Assembly (NCBI GenBank): GCA_021323375.2
Contig: JAJPCT020000017.1
Span: 65,970-129,969, forward strand
DNA: 64,000 nt
Reading direction: 5' to 3'
Origin: Candidatus Wolframiiraptor gerlachensis
GTDB taxonomy: Archaea; Thermoproteota; Nitrososphaeria_A; Caldarchaeales; Wolframiiraptoraceae
Shown: piece after piece, positions 1-8,748 of the stretch
Layout: the number at the start of each line of letters is the position of its first letter
Numbering within the stretch: the stretch's first letter is position 1
Program-made: the position numbers and the translations under genes
Notes under the pieces: generated by a model
What the model was told of the DNA's origin: nothing
The model's input: the letters and a program-made list of their open reading frames with translations, nothing else
The model's database searches: none

Positions 1-2
1 GG

Positions 3-623
3 AATATAAATCTGTGGCTTGGGCAGGATGGGCATGATTACCTCTTTTCAGATCATCGAGAGAAGTGGAGACTGCTCATAGATAGTCTTAGGGATATCTC
101 GAACTATCTAAGGGATGAGATACTTTATCTCGAATATAAGCATAAGGAGCCTAGGACACATTCACTTATATCAAATGTTGGGAAGGCCATGCATATAATA
201 CATCGTGTAGGGTCGGATAAGCTCGGCGTTACCATTGATACAGGCCATGCACTTATGGCCGATGAAAATCTCGCGGAGAGCGTATACCTGCTAGCTGACT
301 CCAATATACCCATAATGCTTCACCTTAATGACTCTTATGGATACTGGGATGATGATATGATCGTGGCCTCAATAAATCTCCTCAAATTCATAGAATTCTT
401 CTACGCATTAGAGGATGTTGGATACGATGGATGGTATGACCTTGATATCTACCCGTATAGGGAGGATCCTGTAAAGGCATGTAGCCAGAGCCTAAAGATA
501 ATACACTACATTAGAACAATTATCAAGGAGAATAAGGATAAGTTGAATGAGGCAATAAAGTGCGATGATCCACATAAGGCTTTAGACGCTGTTTGGAGCC
601 TCTTCCTCAGAGATTTCAAGTGA
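3..623 (+). CDS. Xylose isomerase-like TIM-barrel sugar isomerase/epimerase (5' truncated by window edge)
   Basis: Frame is open from base 3 (NINLWLGQDGHDY...EYKHKEPR...IDTGH...HLND...DDD...DIYP), with the metal-binding motifs of the xylose isomerase family. Confidence 0.8.
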   Translation, partial: NINLWLGQDGHDYLFSDHREKWRLLIDSLRDISNYLRDEILYLEYKHKEPRTHSLISNVGKAMHIIHRVGSDKLGVTIDTGHALMADENLAESVYLLADSNIPIMLHLNDSYGYWDDDMIVASINLLKFIEFFYALEDVGYDGWYDLDIYPYREDPVKACSQSLKIIHYIRTIIKENKDKLNEAIKCDDPHKALDAVWSLFLRDFK

Positions 624-673
624 AAAAATCGCAAACAAAAACTGAGAAAGCAATAGTGTAGGAAAAGGTCGGA

Positions 674-1231
674 TTAAATAATCCAATATATTTTTGAGTT
701 TATACTAGAGTAAGGGAAAGTAGATGATATTATCAAGGTTAAGCGGCTGTCATTTAATATCTTTATGGGGCTTAATGATGTTGCTAATATTTTTTGATAT
801 GGTATGTCCCATGTTATTCGTATTAGGTCTGGTATTGGTGGCGCTTTATTGGGCTGTAATTGGATGGCGTATAGTGGTGTTCTTGGCTTTACCCCGTGGA
901 GGAGGGTGCATCCGTGTTCTCGTGTTATTTTTAGGTGTATGTCTGCTATTGGCGCGAGCCTCTCGATGATCCATGGCATGATGGGCTTAACTAGCCAGAG
1001 CATTAGGCTGTGATGCTGTCTCACGATATCCTGAGCTATGGCCAGCTGTTTTAAGGCTTCTTCACCGGATAATCGAACCATTCTGTCAACACCTATATCT
1101 GCGATTATCGGGTTACCGGTATGCTCGATAAGTTTTGTACTGAATTCTATGATCTGCTTGCCTACCTCCTCAACATTCTTAGGATCGAATTCCATCATGT
1201 TTCGCTCCTTCTTTATCGGGGTTCCTGACAA
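674..1231 (-). pseudogene. C-terminal fragment of a GvpD/KaiC(RAD55)-like P-loop ATPase
   Basis: ADIHLKITREHG..LHGVKPRTPLY resembles the C-terminus of archaeal GvpD-like ATPases. No Walker A; upstream sequence is closed in frame. Confidence 0.45.
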
Positions 1232-1953
1232 GATATAATTATCTTCTCATAGCATTTCTCCAAAATACTGCTATGACGGAAAAATATGGCTTGGGGATAA
1301 TTACCGTGAACGTGATCTGGTTCTCCATTATTGGTCTTCTCTGGTTATGGAATGCGAAGATTAGGAGAACGAATTATACGTTTCGTAGGTAGCCATTATG
1401 GAAATACTGGGTTATGCCTCTAGCCGTGCTAGCTTTCTGGAGTCTGGATAACCCATGGGACTTTAATCCAATCTATTTGCTAACCTCTGACGCCCCGCCA
1501 GCATTCTGTCTAATAACTCCGATCTACCTATCAATTTTTATCTCCTATATCCAAGAGTCAATCTTCCAGCTCCAAGAGTGACGAGCTTCATAGGAACCCT
1601 ACTAGGCATTTTAATATAGGCACAGGTTTTATATGTGGGGCAGCGAGGGCTTATACCATGGATTCATACATATCCCTTTGCAAGATTATCTTTGTGCTTC
1701 TTCATACCATCTATTAAAGAGACATGAAAAGTATAAAATGTTAAGGCTTGTAAAATGGGCCCCTGGCAGGACATCCTCAACAATGATCCAAATTCTTCAC
1801 TTGAATCACTTCAATAGTCTTAGAAGCGATGGCTTACTTGCTGGTGCTGGAATGAGTGTAGATATCTCTAGGATGATGGCAATTATGACCCCGGCCCAGC
1901 AATGCCATTTCAACCAATTTCACCACCCATTTTCCTGATGACAGGGCCATTCT

Positions 1954-2223
1954 CTACAGCAGTACTTGTTTTACTACGATTACCGGGTCTACTGGCTCTG
2001 AGCCGGGAGCCTTCTTCAAAACCTCTTTTACGATCTCTGGGCTTGATGCCTCCCAATCGCAGAAACCCATACCATTCTCATCAACATGGGTTCCATTGAA
2101 GTGGGCATCCGGGTAATCCCTGAGTACCTCGAGGAATCTATTCCGGATATTGATCAGCTCTTCTCTGCTCAGTTTCGGCAACCTACCCTTCTCAGTAAAA
2201 TGAAAGACAATAACCCTTACCAC
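1954..2223 (-). CDS. Small hypothetical protein, probable dimeric alpha/beta barrel (DUF4242/DUF3303-like)
   Basis: 89 aa with a GFCDWEASSPE motif; TATA-like TTTAAATA and a GAGGGG/AGGTGG SD upstream. Confidence 0.5.
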   Translation of the reverse strand: MVRVIVFHFTEKGRLPKLSREELINIRNRFLEVLRDYPDAHFNGTHVDENGMGFCDWEASSPEIVKEVLKKAPGSEPVDPVIVVKQVLL

Positions 2224-2478
2224 CTTGACCCCTCACGCATACTAAAATATTTAAACTTTTTAACTCAAAGCATGAATCTTGCTCGTCATAATGACAAGGA
2301 TCCCTTGAGTTCTTTGAAGGCTCTCTCCTAAGATCCTGAGCTTTTTCCAATGATAAGTCATCTTTGGGCAACATAGTAAGCCTCCCATTTATGTAGTTGC
2401 ATATGCTTCTGCGGCTTCTGCTCCTCCACCTTCATACCCATATCCTTTTCTGATCGTCCTTCCGCCTCCAGCATCATA

Positions 2479-2571
2479 CTACATTCTGCCGCATACGGGG
2501 CATTTCTTGAAGATGCCAATAATTAATGGGATTATTCTCGCGTTACAAAACGGGCATGGCTCAATAGTCAT
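2479..2571 (-). CDS. Putative 30-aa zinc-ribbon micro-protein
   Basis: Translated by hand as MTIEPCPFCNARIIPLIIGIFKKCPVCGRM*, with two CPxC knuckles. Confidence 0.35.
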   Translation of the reverse strand: MTIEPCPFCNARIIPLIIGIFKKCPVCGRM

Positions 2572-2690
2572 TATTCTACACAAATTAGCTGTTTTCCCAT
2601 GAACTGGGCAGTCCGCAGCCCCAAGCCTCGATTATCATAGCTTATAAGCTTTGTTCTCAGGCCCAAAAATCTCATGGGATTTCAAGGAAT

Positions 2691-2718
2691 AATTCAAGGG
2701 TCGCACGACCCTTGAATT
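2691..2718. repeat. Perfect 13-bp inverted repeat (hairpin)
   Basis: AATTCAAGGGTCG-CA-CGACCCTTGAATT. Confidence 0.85.
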
Positions 2719-2906
2719 TTTTAACTTTTAGGCCCCATACTATATAAGGAAACCCTCGGCCAAGTTGCTCTAGTTCTTGGAGCTGGATCAAATTTTACGG
2801 GTAAGGCCTACCGTAGAAAATCCGTAAAATTCCCGATAAAATATATTGTAAAAATAGGGGGGAGAAGTGTGCCCTCAAGATCCCTTAGTGTATTCCACTC
2901 AGCCCT

Positions 2907-3048
2907 TTTTCAATTCTCTTTGAAATTCGCTGAATCGCACCGAACCGGGGGATGGTCGAGCAGAGGATCACGACTTTCAATTCTCTTTCTGAGATTCTTT
3001 ACCCGGCCTTCCTCGCATAGCGCATAATTATGTTGGCCTTTCAATTCT
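2907..3048 (-). CRISPR. Degenerate mini CRISPR array (3 repeats, 2 spacers); no cas genes in window
   Basis: Intact repeat CTTTCAATTCTCTTTCTGAGATTC at 2974-2997 (minus strand GAATCTCAGAAAGAGAATTGAAAG, typical archaeal ATTGAAAG end). Degenerate copy at 2907-2928, truncated copy at 3038-3048. Spacers of 45 and 40 nt. Confidence 0.75.
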
Positions 3049-3454
3049 ATGCCAGCATGAAATACAGGCTACTCTTAGCTTGGATTCCGGAATGATCTTT
3101 CCCTCAAGAAAATCCTGAGGACCCGATAACAAACAATGTTTAAGATGTAAGCAGGAGGCTACATGTAGCTAATGATTAAGTTAAATGAATCTTCAGGATC
3201 TTATTTCCTCAGACTCCCAATAATCACCTTGGCCATTATCTAAGATGTAAATTATATTGTGTGTGGAGGTTTGTTTTGAGGGGACTCATATTTCTGGCTT
3301 ATGGGGGTTGGCCCTCCGCGGACTGAGCTGCAGTCATCTTATGTTGATCAGCCTGTCCCGTATTCTTCATCGGGCTCGTTTATAATGTTGTTGCTTGCTT
3401 CTTATAGCTTTTGGCCGGATAATCGCTAATTAGCTGGATGTGTTTGGTTGTTTT

Positions 3455-3523
3455 GGCGGATGATGAGGTCTTGACCCGGGCGGATTCGGCCGGGATGAAG
3501 ATTGGTGCGGCCCTGACGTCGCC
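3455..3523 (+). ncRNA. Box C/D methylation guide sRNA
   Basis: C ATGATGA (3460), D' CGGA, C' ATGAAGA (3495), D CTGA (3513); terminal stem GGCGG/TCGCC. Confidence 0.7.
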
Positions 3524-3559
3524 TTAAAAATTATGTTTATGCCCGCTCAATATTTTATT

Positions 3560-3883
3560 ATGACCGTGATTGTGGAGTTTAGCGTTATCCCGCTGGGTGA
3601 GGGAACTAGTGTCTCGAGATTTGTGGCGAGGGCTATTAAGGCTTTGGAGGATGCTGGTGTCAAGCATGTGAGCACGCCGATGGGGACTATCGTTGAGGCT
3701 GGGAGCTTGGATGAAGCCTTGAGATATGTGAGGATGGCTCATGAGGCTGTCTTCGAGGCGGGCGCAAAAAGAGTCATCACGGTAATAAAGATTGATGATC
3801 GGAGGGATGTTGAGAGGAGTATGGAGGATAAGCTCAGGTCCCTCGAGATGGCTCTTAGGGATCTTGAGCATGAGAAGAGGTGA
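3560..3883 (+). CDS. MTH1187/YkoF-like thiamine-binding protein (DUF77)
   Basis: EFSVIPLG.GTSVSRFVA, TPMGT.VE and KIDDRRD motifs; start moved to ATG 3560. Confidence 0.9.
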   Translation: MTVIVEFSVIPLGEGTSVSRFVARAIKALEDAGVKHVSTPMGTIVEAGSLDEALRYVRMAHEAVFEAGAKRVITVIKIDDRRDVERSMEDKLRSLEMALRDLEHEKR

Positions 3884-4600
3884 TTAGTCGAGCTCTATCC
3901 TCCTGATCACGACATCTCTCGCATGCCTGATGACGTCCTCCGGCGGCCTCCTGCCAAGCACCCTTGCAACCTCCTCCCTGATCATCGCGGATGGCTTTGA
4001 GGCCAATGCATCTATGACGCCCTTCACCGAGCCATATGTCTTGAGAAGCGCTTTAGCCAATGCTGGGCCGACTCTTGGAAGGCCCTCGATAACGTATAAT
4101 GCCTGCTCCTCCAATGTCTTGGATGCGGAGCTAGCCCTCAGCCTAAGATCCCTAGGCTCCCTCCTCTCCTGCAAGCTCCTATACTTTGCTATGAGATAGT
4201 GGCACGTCCCCTTCCAATCAGGCGTAAAGATGATTACTAGATCCTCATATGTCCTCTGGATGCTCTCGATAAGCCTGTATATGCTCGACTCATTCCACTC
4301 CGTCACCCTCCTCACGATCCCTATCCACCCCTCTATCACGAGTATCTTCTCAAATGAGTCCGCCTCCTCAAGCTGGTCGAGCTGAGACCATATCCTGCCC
4401 CTCCCACTCTCATCAGGCTTCATGGAGTTCAGGAGATCTGTTATGGTCTTGCGCTCGACGACTGCGATGCCCTCAGAGCCATCGAGCAAGTAATCTCCCA
4501 CCTCGAGAGCTTTAACCCCAACTTGCTCACCAAATACGCTAACAAGCATCCTATAGATCTCGTCAGCCTTGGAAGCCTCCCTACTATCAATAAAGATCAT
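3884..4600 (-). CDS. xpf: ERCC4-domain structure-specific endonuclease (short XPF)
   Basis: IDSRE, GDY and VERKTITD nuclease motifs plus HhH GLPRVGP. Confidence 0.88.
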   Translation of the reverse strand: MIFIDSREASKADEIYRMLVSVFGEQVGVKALEVGDYLLDGSEGIAVVERKTITDLLNSMKPDESGRGRIWSQLDQLEEADSFEKILVIEGWIGIVRRVTEWNESSIYRLIESIQRTYEDLVIIFTPDWKGTCHYLIAKYRSLQERREPRDLRLRASSASKTLEEQALYVIEGLPRVGPALAKALLKTYGSVKGVIDALASKPSAMIREEVARVLGRRPPEDVIRHARDVVIRRIELD

Positions 4601-4694
4601 TCTTCGAGGGATGCAGCAGCCTAGACAGGCTTTAAAGATTTAGAGACATGGCCGAAAACAAATTATGCCGCGAGTATTATCCAAGCATTGGCTG

Positions 4695-4850
4695 ATGTGT
4701 GACGGCTTCTGGGAAGGGGTATTATGGGGCATGGGCTATGGGCTGGCAGCAGAGGAGAGGGAGAAGAAGATTCGCTGCATGTTCTGCCGCCGCCTCATAG
4801 CAAGAGATGCTATATACTGCCCATATTGTGGAAGGAAGCTGAGGGGCTAA
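4695..4850 (+). CDS. Small zinc-ribbon protein
   Basis: CMFC...CPYCG double knuckle. Confidence 0.55.
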   Translation: MCDGFWEGVLWGMGYGLAAEEREKKIRCMFCRRLIARDAIYCPYCGRKLRG

Positions 4851-5671
4851 AGGTATTCGAGGAGGCTGCTCCCCCTCTCCCTTGCCGGGAAGGCGGGTTC
4901 ATATGGGACGCCCTCCCTCTCACAGAGCTTCCCAACAATCTCCACGACCCTCATTCTCCAGCCATGCTCCATGCTCATGGCCTCTGGATACCTCTCCTTA
5001 ACAGGGCTCATGGAGGCCGCCAAACCCCTTTTCATCCTGAAAAAGTCATAGTATAGCCTTGATCCGGTCTCAGCTGCTAGGGCCACTATTCCCTCTATGG
5101 CCTCCGGCGAGTCATTCACGCCCCTCATTATCGGGCCTAGGAAGATCCATGTATTGACACCCTCCATGGATAATCTTTTCAGGGCCTCGGCCCTCGCCGC
5201 TGGCTCGGGAGCCCTCGGCTCTATCAGCCTAGCCACCGTAGGATTCAATGTGGTTATCGTTATCCCGACATCAACCCTATCCCTATGCCTGGAGAGGATA
5301 TCGAGATCCCTGAGCACGAGTGGAGACTTCGTCTGAATGCTGACCTCGAAGCCCGAGCCTAGGAGAATCTCAAGCCCCCTCCTAGTCAACCGCTCCTCCG
5401 CCTCGATTGGCTGATAGGGATCTGTTATCGTCGAGACACCGACAACACCTCTACGCACCCTCCGAACCTCCTCCATTAAAATCTGCATAGCATTCTCCTT
5501 CACGTATATGATCTCACCCCATGCCTCAGCCACCTCCCCATATCGCGTATAAGCCCTCCCATAGCAATAGCGGCATCCATGATAACAGCCAGCATATGGA
5601 TTATATGCGTAATCGAGATCATAGAGACCCGTCTTAGACAAGACATTCGAGACCTTGATCCTCTTATACAC
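4847..5671 (-). CDS. Radical SAM protein, spore photoproduct lyase (SplB/COG1533)-like
   Basis: NPYAGCYHGCRYCY, TDPYQPIE, QTKS motifs. Confidence 0.88.
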   Translation of the reverse strand: MYKRIKVSNVLSKTGLYDLDYAYNPYAGCYHGCRYCYGRAYTRYGEVAEAWGEIIYVKENAMQILMEEVRRVRRGVVGVSTITDPYQPIEAEERLTRRGLEILLGSGFEVSIQTKSPLVLRDLDILSRHRDRVDVGITITTLNPTVARLIEPRAPEPAARAEALKRLSMEGVNTWIFLGPIMRGVNDSPEAIEGIVALAAETGSRLYYDFFRMKRGLAASMSPVKERYPEAMSMEHGWRMRVVEIVGKLCEREGVPYEPAFPARERGSSLLEYL

Positions 5672-5676
5672 GGCGC

Positions 5677-6897
5677 TCAGGGCGGCTGCACCTCTAGCCT
5701 CGTCTGACTTAACAAGCTCCTCAAAAGCCTAGAAGTATTAAGCCATGTTGAGAGGGGCAGCTTCGTAGACCTCGATATCCTCTCCAAGACATCCTCAAAC
5801 CGATCATACTTCTCGGGCCTCGACTCGAACATCCTCCTAAGATTCTCCCTGACAAACCATACTCCTATTGGGAGGAAGAAGCCCTCATAGATCTCCCTGA
5901 TCAGGATGGCCATCCCCTGCCTCCTAATCCTCAGCATGAACTCTGCGGTCGCGAGCCTCGCAGCATAGTAGCATCCACCAAGCGATGCATATGTCGTCCT
6001 ACCCTTATAATCCTCCCAATCACCTTCAACCTCCACCTCAGCCCCAGGATTCCATGTAGTATATGGGAACCAGGCCTCAATCCACTCATAGCTCCAAGCA
6101 TAGGGCGCGATCACGGCGATAAATGTGTTCCTCGAGACCCTTCTCTCAAAGAAGAGATACGAGTCTATGATCGGGAGCCTCTTTACATCCTTGATGAGCC
6201 TCTTAGAGATTATCGAGTCCACTGCGGTTATAGACCATCTTGTCGGAACAATCTTCCTAAGCCCCTCGACGCCAAGGCCGCCGACAGAGAATATCCTCTG
6301 TATCCGGGATACCGGGATACCGCTCGAATAGAGCTGGAGAACAGCCTCTGAGGCCTTCAAATCGCCATCAGAAAGAACCCTATCAACAGGCTTCTCGATC
6401 CTCGGCTCATCAACTATCCTAAACTTCTCAACTATACCAGCCGGCCCAAGAGGCGGCGCATTAAGATCTAGCTTAACCCCGGGCCTCGGGGGCTTTGAGA
6501 ACCTCAACTCCAAGTCGATGGATCTAGCCGAGGCGGCAACAAGTCTCAGATCATCTATTAGCACGGGCTTCCTCACATCAACAGTCATGCATCCCCTCAC
6601 GAGGCTAAGCCTCATCCTGAGAATCTCATCCAGGCTCAGGTCAAGCCAGTTCTCGGGAGCATCATAGACCTGTGCATCACCTTCACCAACAGAGACTGAT
6701 GGCGCAATCCTAACCTTGGGATAGCCCGACCAGCCCACGAAGACCGATGGAGGAGAAGGGGCCTCCAACAGACTACTACTAGGAACCCTAATCTCCTCCA
6801 CCACACGCCAGACAGAGAAGAGGGGGCATGGGCTCTCACCACATAACCCCCTAGCCCCCCTACAAAGCAGACAAGGCTTCACAAGACTACCCGACAT
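5677..6897 (-). CDS. nreA: Nre-family PCNA-interacting DNA repair protein
   Basis: C..CRG..LCG..CP N-terminus, SPPSVFVG..GYPKV, VPTRWSITAVD, GGCYYAARL, GVWFVRE; C-terminal PIP-like QTRL. Confidence 0.92.
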   Translation of the reverse strand: MSGSLVKPCLLCRGARGLCGESPCPLFSVWRVVEEIRVPSSSLLEAPSPPSVFVGWSGYPKVRIAPSVSVGEGDAQVYDAPENWLDLSLDEILRMRLSLVRGCMTVDVRKPVLIDDLRLVAASARSIDLELRFSKPPRPGVKLDLNAPPLGPAGIVEKFRIVDEPRIEKPVDRVLSDGDLKASEAVLQLYSSGIPVSRIQRIFSVGGLGVEGLRKIVPTRWSITAVDSIISKRLIKDVKRLPIIDSYLFFERRVSRNTFIAVIAPYAWSYEWIEAWFPYTTWNPGAEVEVEGDWEDYKGRTTYASLGGCYYAARLATAEFMLRIRRQGMAILIREIYEGFFLPIGVWFVRENLRRMFESRPEKYDRFEDVLERISRSTKLPLSTWLNTSRLLRSLLSQTRLEVQPP

Positions 6898-6984
6898 CCA
6901 TCAGCATAAACTAGCCAGAAGCCCCTCTTAAATAATATCCCCCGCCACGTCACCTATATTATCTAAGTCAGCAGACTATTATAC

Positions 6985-7046
6985 GCGGATGATGAAGGTT
7001 TCTAGCCCGACCGAGATGGAATGAAGAGACGTCAGGACGCTGACGC
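6985..7046 (+). ncRNA. Box C/D guide sRNA (cluster member 1)
   Basis: GCGG-ATGATGA-aggtttctagc-CCGA...ATGAAGA-gacgtcaggacg-CTGA-CGC. Confidence 0.75.
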
Positions 7047-7065
7047 ATCTCTCACAAAAATTATC

Positions 7066-7135
7066 TGGCTCAGGGGTGGGACTATCGATCATCCATGATT
7101 CAGTGGGCGCAGCCATAGGGCCCTCATCATCGCCA
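7066..7135 (-). ncRNA. Box C/D guide sRNA (cluster member 2)
   Basis: Minus strand TGGCG-ATGATGA-gggccctatggctgcgccca-CTGA...ATGATCG-atagtcccaccc-CTGA-GCCA; C' box is degenerate. Confidence 0.65.
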
Positions 7136-7181
7136 AACAAACATACAATCATCCCGAATATTAGTCTAGCTCCATGAATTG

Positions 7182-7240
7182 GGATATGTCAGACTATCGG
7201 GCTCTCATCACAAGATCAGGGACTGCGGCCATCATCATCC
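7182..7240 (-). ncRNA. Box C/D guide sRNA (cluster member 3)
   Basis: Minus strand GG-ATGATGA-tggccgcagtcc-CTGA-tctt-GTGATGA-gagcccgatagt-CTGA; all four boxes canonical, two 12-nt guides. Confidence 0.82.
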
Positions 7241-7368
7241 AAAACAATCCATGTAACATCCCAGTGAAAGATATTTCGCTCAATAAACTCGATACAGCCA
7301 ATTTTATTGCATCATCAGATCACTTAAAAGAAAATGTTATATTTCTCACATTCATTTGTCATAATGCT

Positions 7369-7887
7369 ATGGCGAGAAGAAGGATTGTAGGTAGGGGTAG
7401 GGTTGCTGACATGCTTCAGACAGCTATTCGTAGAGAGGCTGGTAGAGCCGCCAGCCTACTCGAGCGCGACGTCGAGGACCTTTATGCGATAATCGGCTCA
7501 CAGCTAGCAGCCATACAGGTGGCTACAAAGCTGGTGCGAGCCAGGATACCTCCAAGAGTCAATAAGCGCGAGTTCATACTCCAGCGTATGCCAGTAATAA
7601 CCGAGCTGCCAAGGGATGAGGGCAGGAAATTCGTGGAGAGCTGCTGGAGCAAGATAGTCGATCGAGCATGTAGATGGTGGGATGAGAATAGGGAGAAGTT
7701 CAGCGGCAAGGATGCCAAGACAATAATAAGGAGCCTGGCGCCCGAGATAGCACTAGCAATACCGGCGAAACTTAGAGCAGGATCAATAGCCGCATTAACA
7801 GCAGCACTCCTAGTGAAAGAGGGTCTAGACAAAGTCTGCGAAAAAGCAACAACACAAGAGTCCACTAAAGGAGCGTCTACTAGTTGA
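7369..7887 (+). CDS. Hypothetical protein
   Basis: Likely starts at ATG 7369 (MARRRIVGRG) after an AT-rich promoter; the longer ORF-track start overlaps an sRNA. Confidence 0.6.
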   Translation: MARRRIVGRGRVADMLQTAIRREAGRAASLLERDVEDLYAIIGSQLAAIQVATKLVRARIPPRVNKREFILQRMPVITELPRDEGRKFVESCWSKIVDRACRWWDENREKFSGKDAKTIIRSLAPEIALAIPAKLRAGSIAALTAALLVKEGLDKVCEKATTQESTKGASTS

Positions 7888-8145
7888 GAGATCATCTCAT
7901 CCCTAAATCCTCACAATTTTTTCCCAAATTCATTTTCAAGTTTTCAAGTTTCAAGCAAATCTATTTTCATGAATCATCGCCATAGTTTGCTGAAAATATC
8001 CTAATGACCGCCATGACCAACAACATTAAGGCAAATGTACCAGCTGAGACAGCTTCTCTCGGAATTCTCTGATCCGGCCCTTCCTTAAAAGCTGGTTATC
8101 AAAAGTATATTAAAAGCCACGAATAAAATAACTTTTGGGGCGTAA

Positions 8146-8220
8146 AGCGGGGTAGGGCAGCCAGGTTAGCCCGCCGGGCTCATAACCCGGAGGTCGGAGG
8201 TTCAAATCCTCCCCCCGCTA
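8146..8220 (+). tRNA. tRNA-iMet (CAT), initiator
   Basis: AGCGGGG...CCCCGCTA with A1-U72, three G-C pairs in the anticodon stem, CAT anticodon; upstream AAAAGTATATTAAA promoter. Confidence 0.96.
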
Positions 8221-8282
8221 CACATTCAATGTATCGTGGAAATAATCGCTATCTCTCTGGAGACTTGCTTATTCTCATCCCG

Positions 8283-8456
8283 CTATTTCTTGGGCTGTGT
8301 CTTGAATTGTGTGTAGTGGCAGTTTCCGCAGTAGTATCTGTCTCCATGATCCGCCATTATGTATCCTCTCCCGCATCTTGGGCAGAACATTATGTTCGCC
8401 ACTAGTTTTCCTCCTTCGACCTTGTATTTCTTCCAGAGCTGCGCCTGTTTACCCAG
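8283..8456 (-). CDS. rps27ae: 30S ribosomal protein S27ae
   Basis: GKQAQLWKKYKVEGGKL...FCPRCGRGYIMADHGDRYYCGNCHYT; below ORF-track cutoff; apparent CTG start after GGAGGTGA. Confidence 0.92.
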   Translation of the reverse strand: MGKQAQLWKKYKVEGGKLVANIMFCPRCGRGYIMADHGDRYYCGNCHYTQFKTQPKK

Positions 8457-8748
8457 CTTGCTTCACCTCCACGAGTAAGCCATGCTTCTTAAGAATCTGT
8501 TTTCTCTCATACATTTTCGCGTATTCTACTGAGTCATATATATGGATGTGCGCCCTCGCCTTTCTCGTCCCGAAGAGCGACTCCATCTTCTCGATTATCA
8601 CGCGCTCCTTCTCCACGTTGTATCTCTTCGCGATCTCCTCTCTAACCTCATCTCGCTTGGGCGTCCCAGACTCATAGATTATGATCGCCTCTATCTCTCT
8701 TCGGCCTAGGAGTGGGTTCTTTCTATCCTTGATTATCTCGAGGTTCAT
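8449..8748 (-). CDS. rps24e: 30S ribosomal protein S24e
   Basis: NPLLGRREI, GTPKRDEV, IYDS...E motifs. Confidence 0.95.
   Translation of the reverse strand: MNLEIIKDRKNPLLGRREIEAIIIYESGTPKRDEVREEIAKRYNVEKERVIIEKMESLFGTRKARAHIHIYDSVEYAKMYERKQILKKHGLLVEVKQAG

Noticed and set aside
7174-7368. N-terminal 65 aa of ORF 7174..7887
   Set aside because: It overlaps a canonical C/D sRNA and an AT-rich promoter; the real start is more likely 7369
7933-7955. TTTTCAAG x3 as a CRISPR or iteron
   Set aside because: No spacers and too short; more likely slippage in a T-rich terminator region
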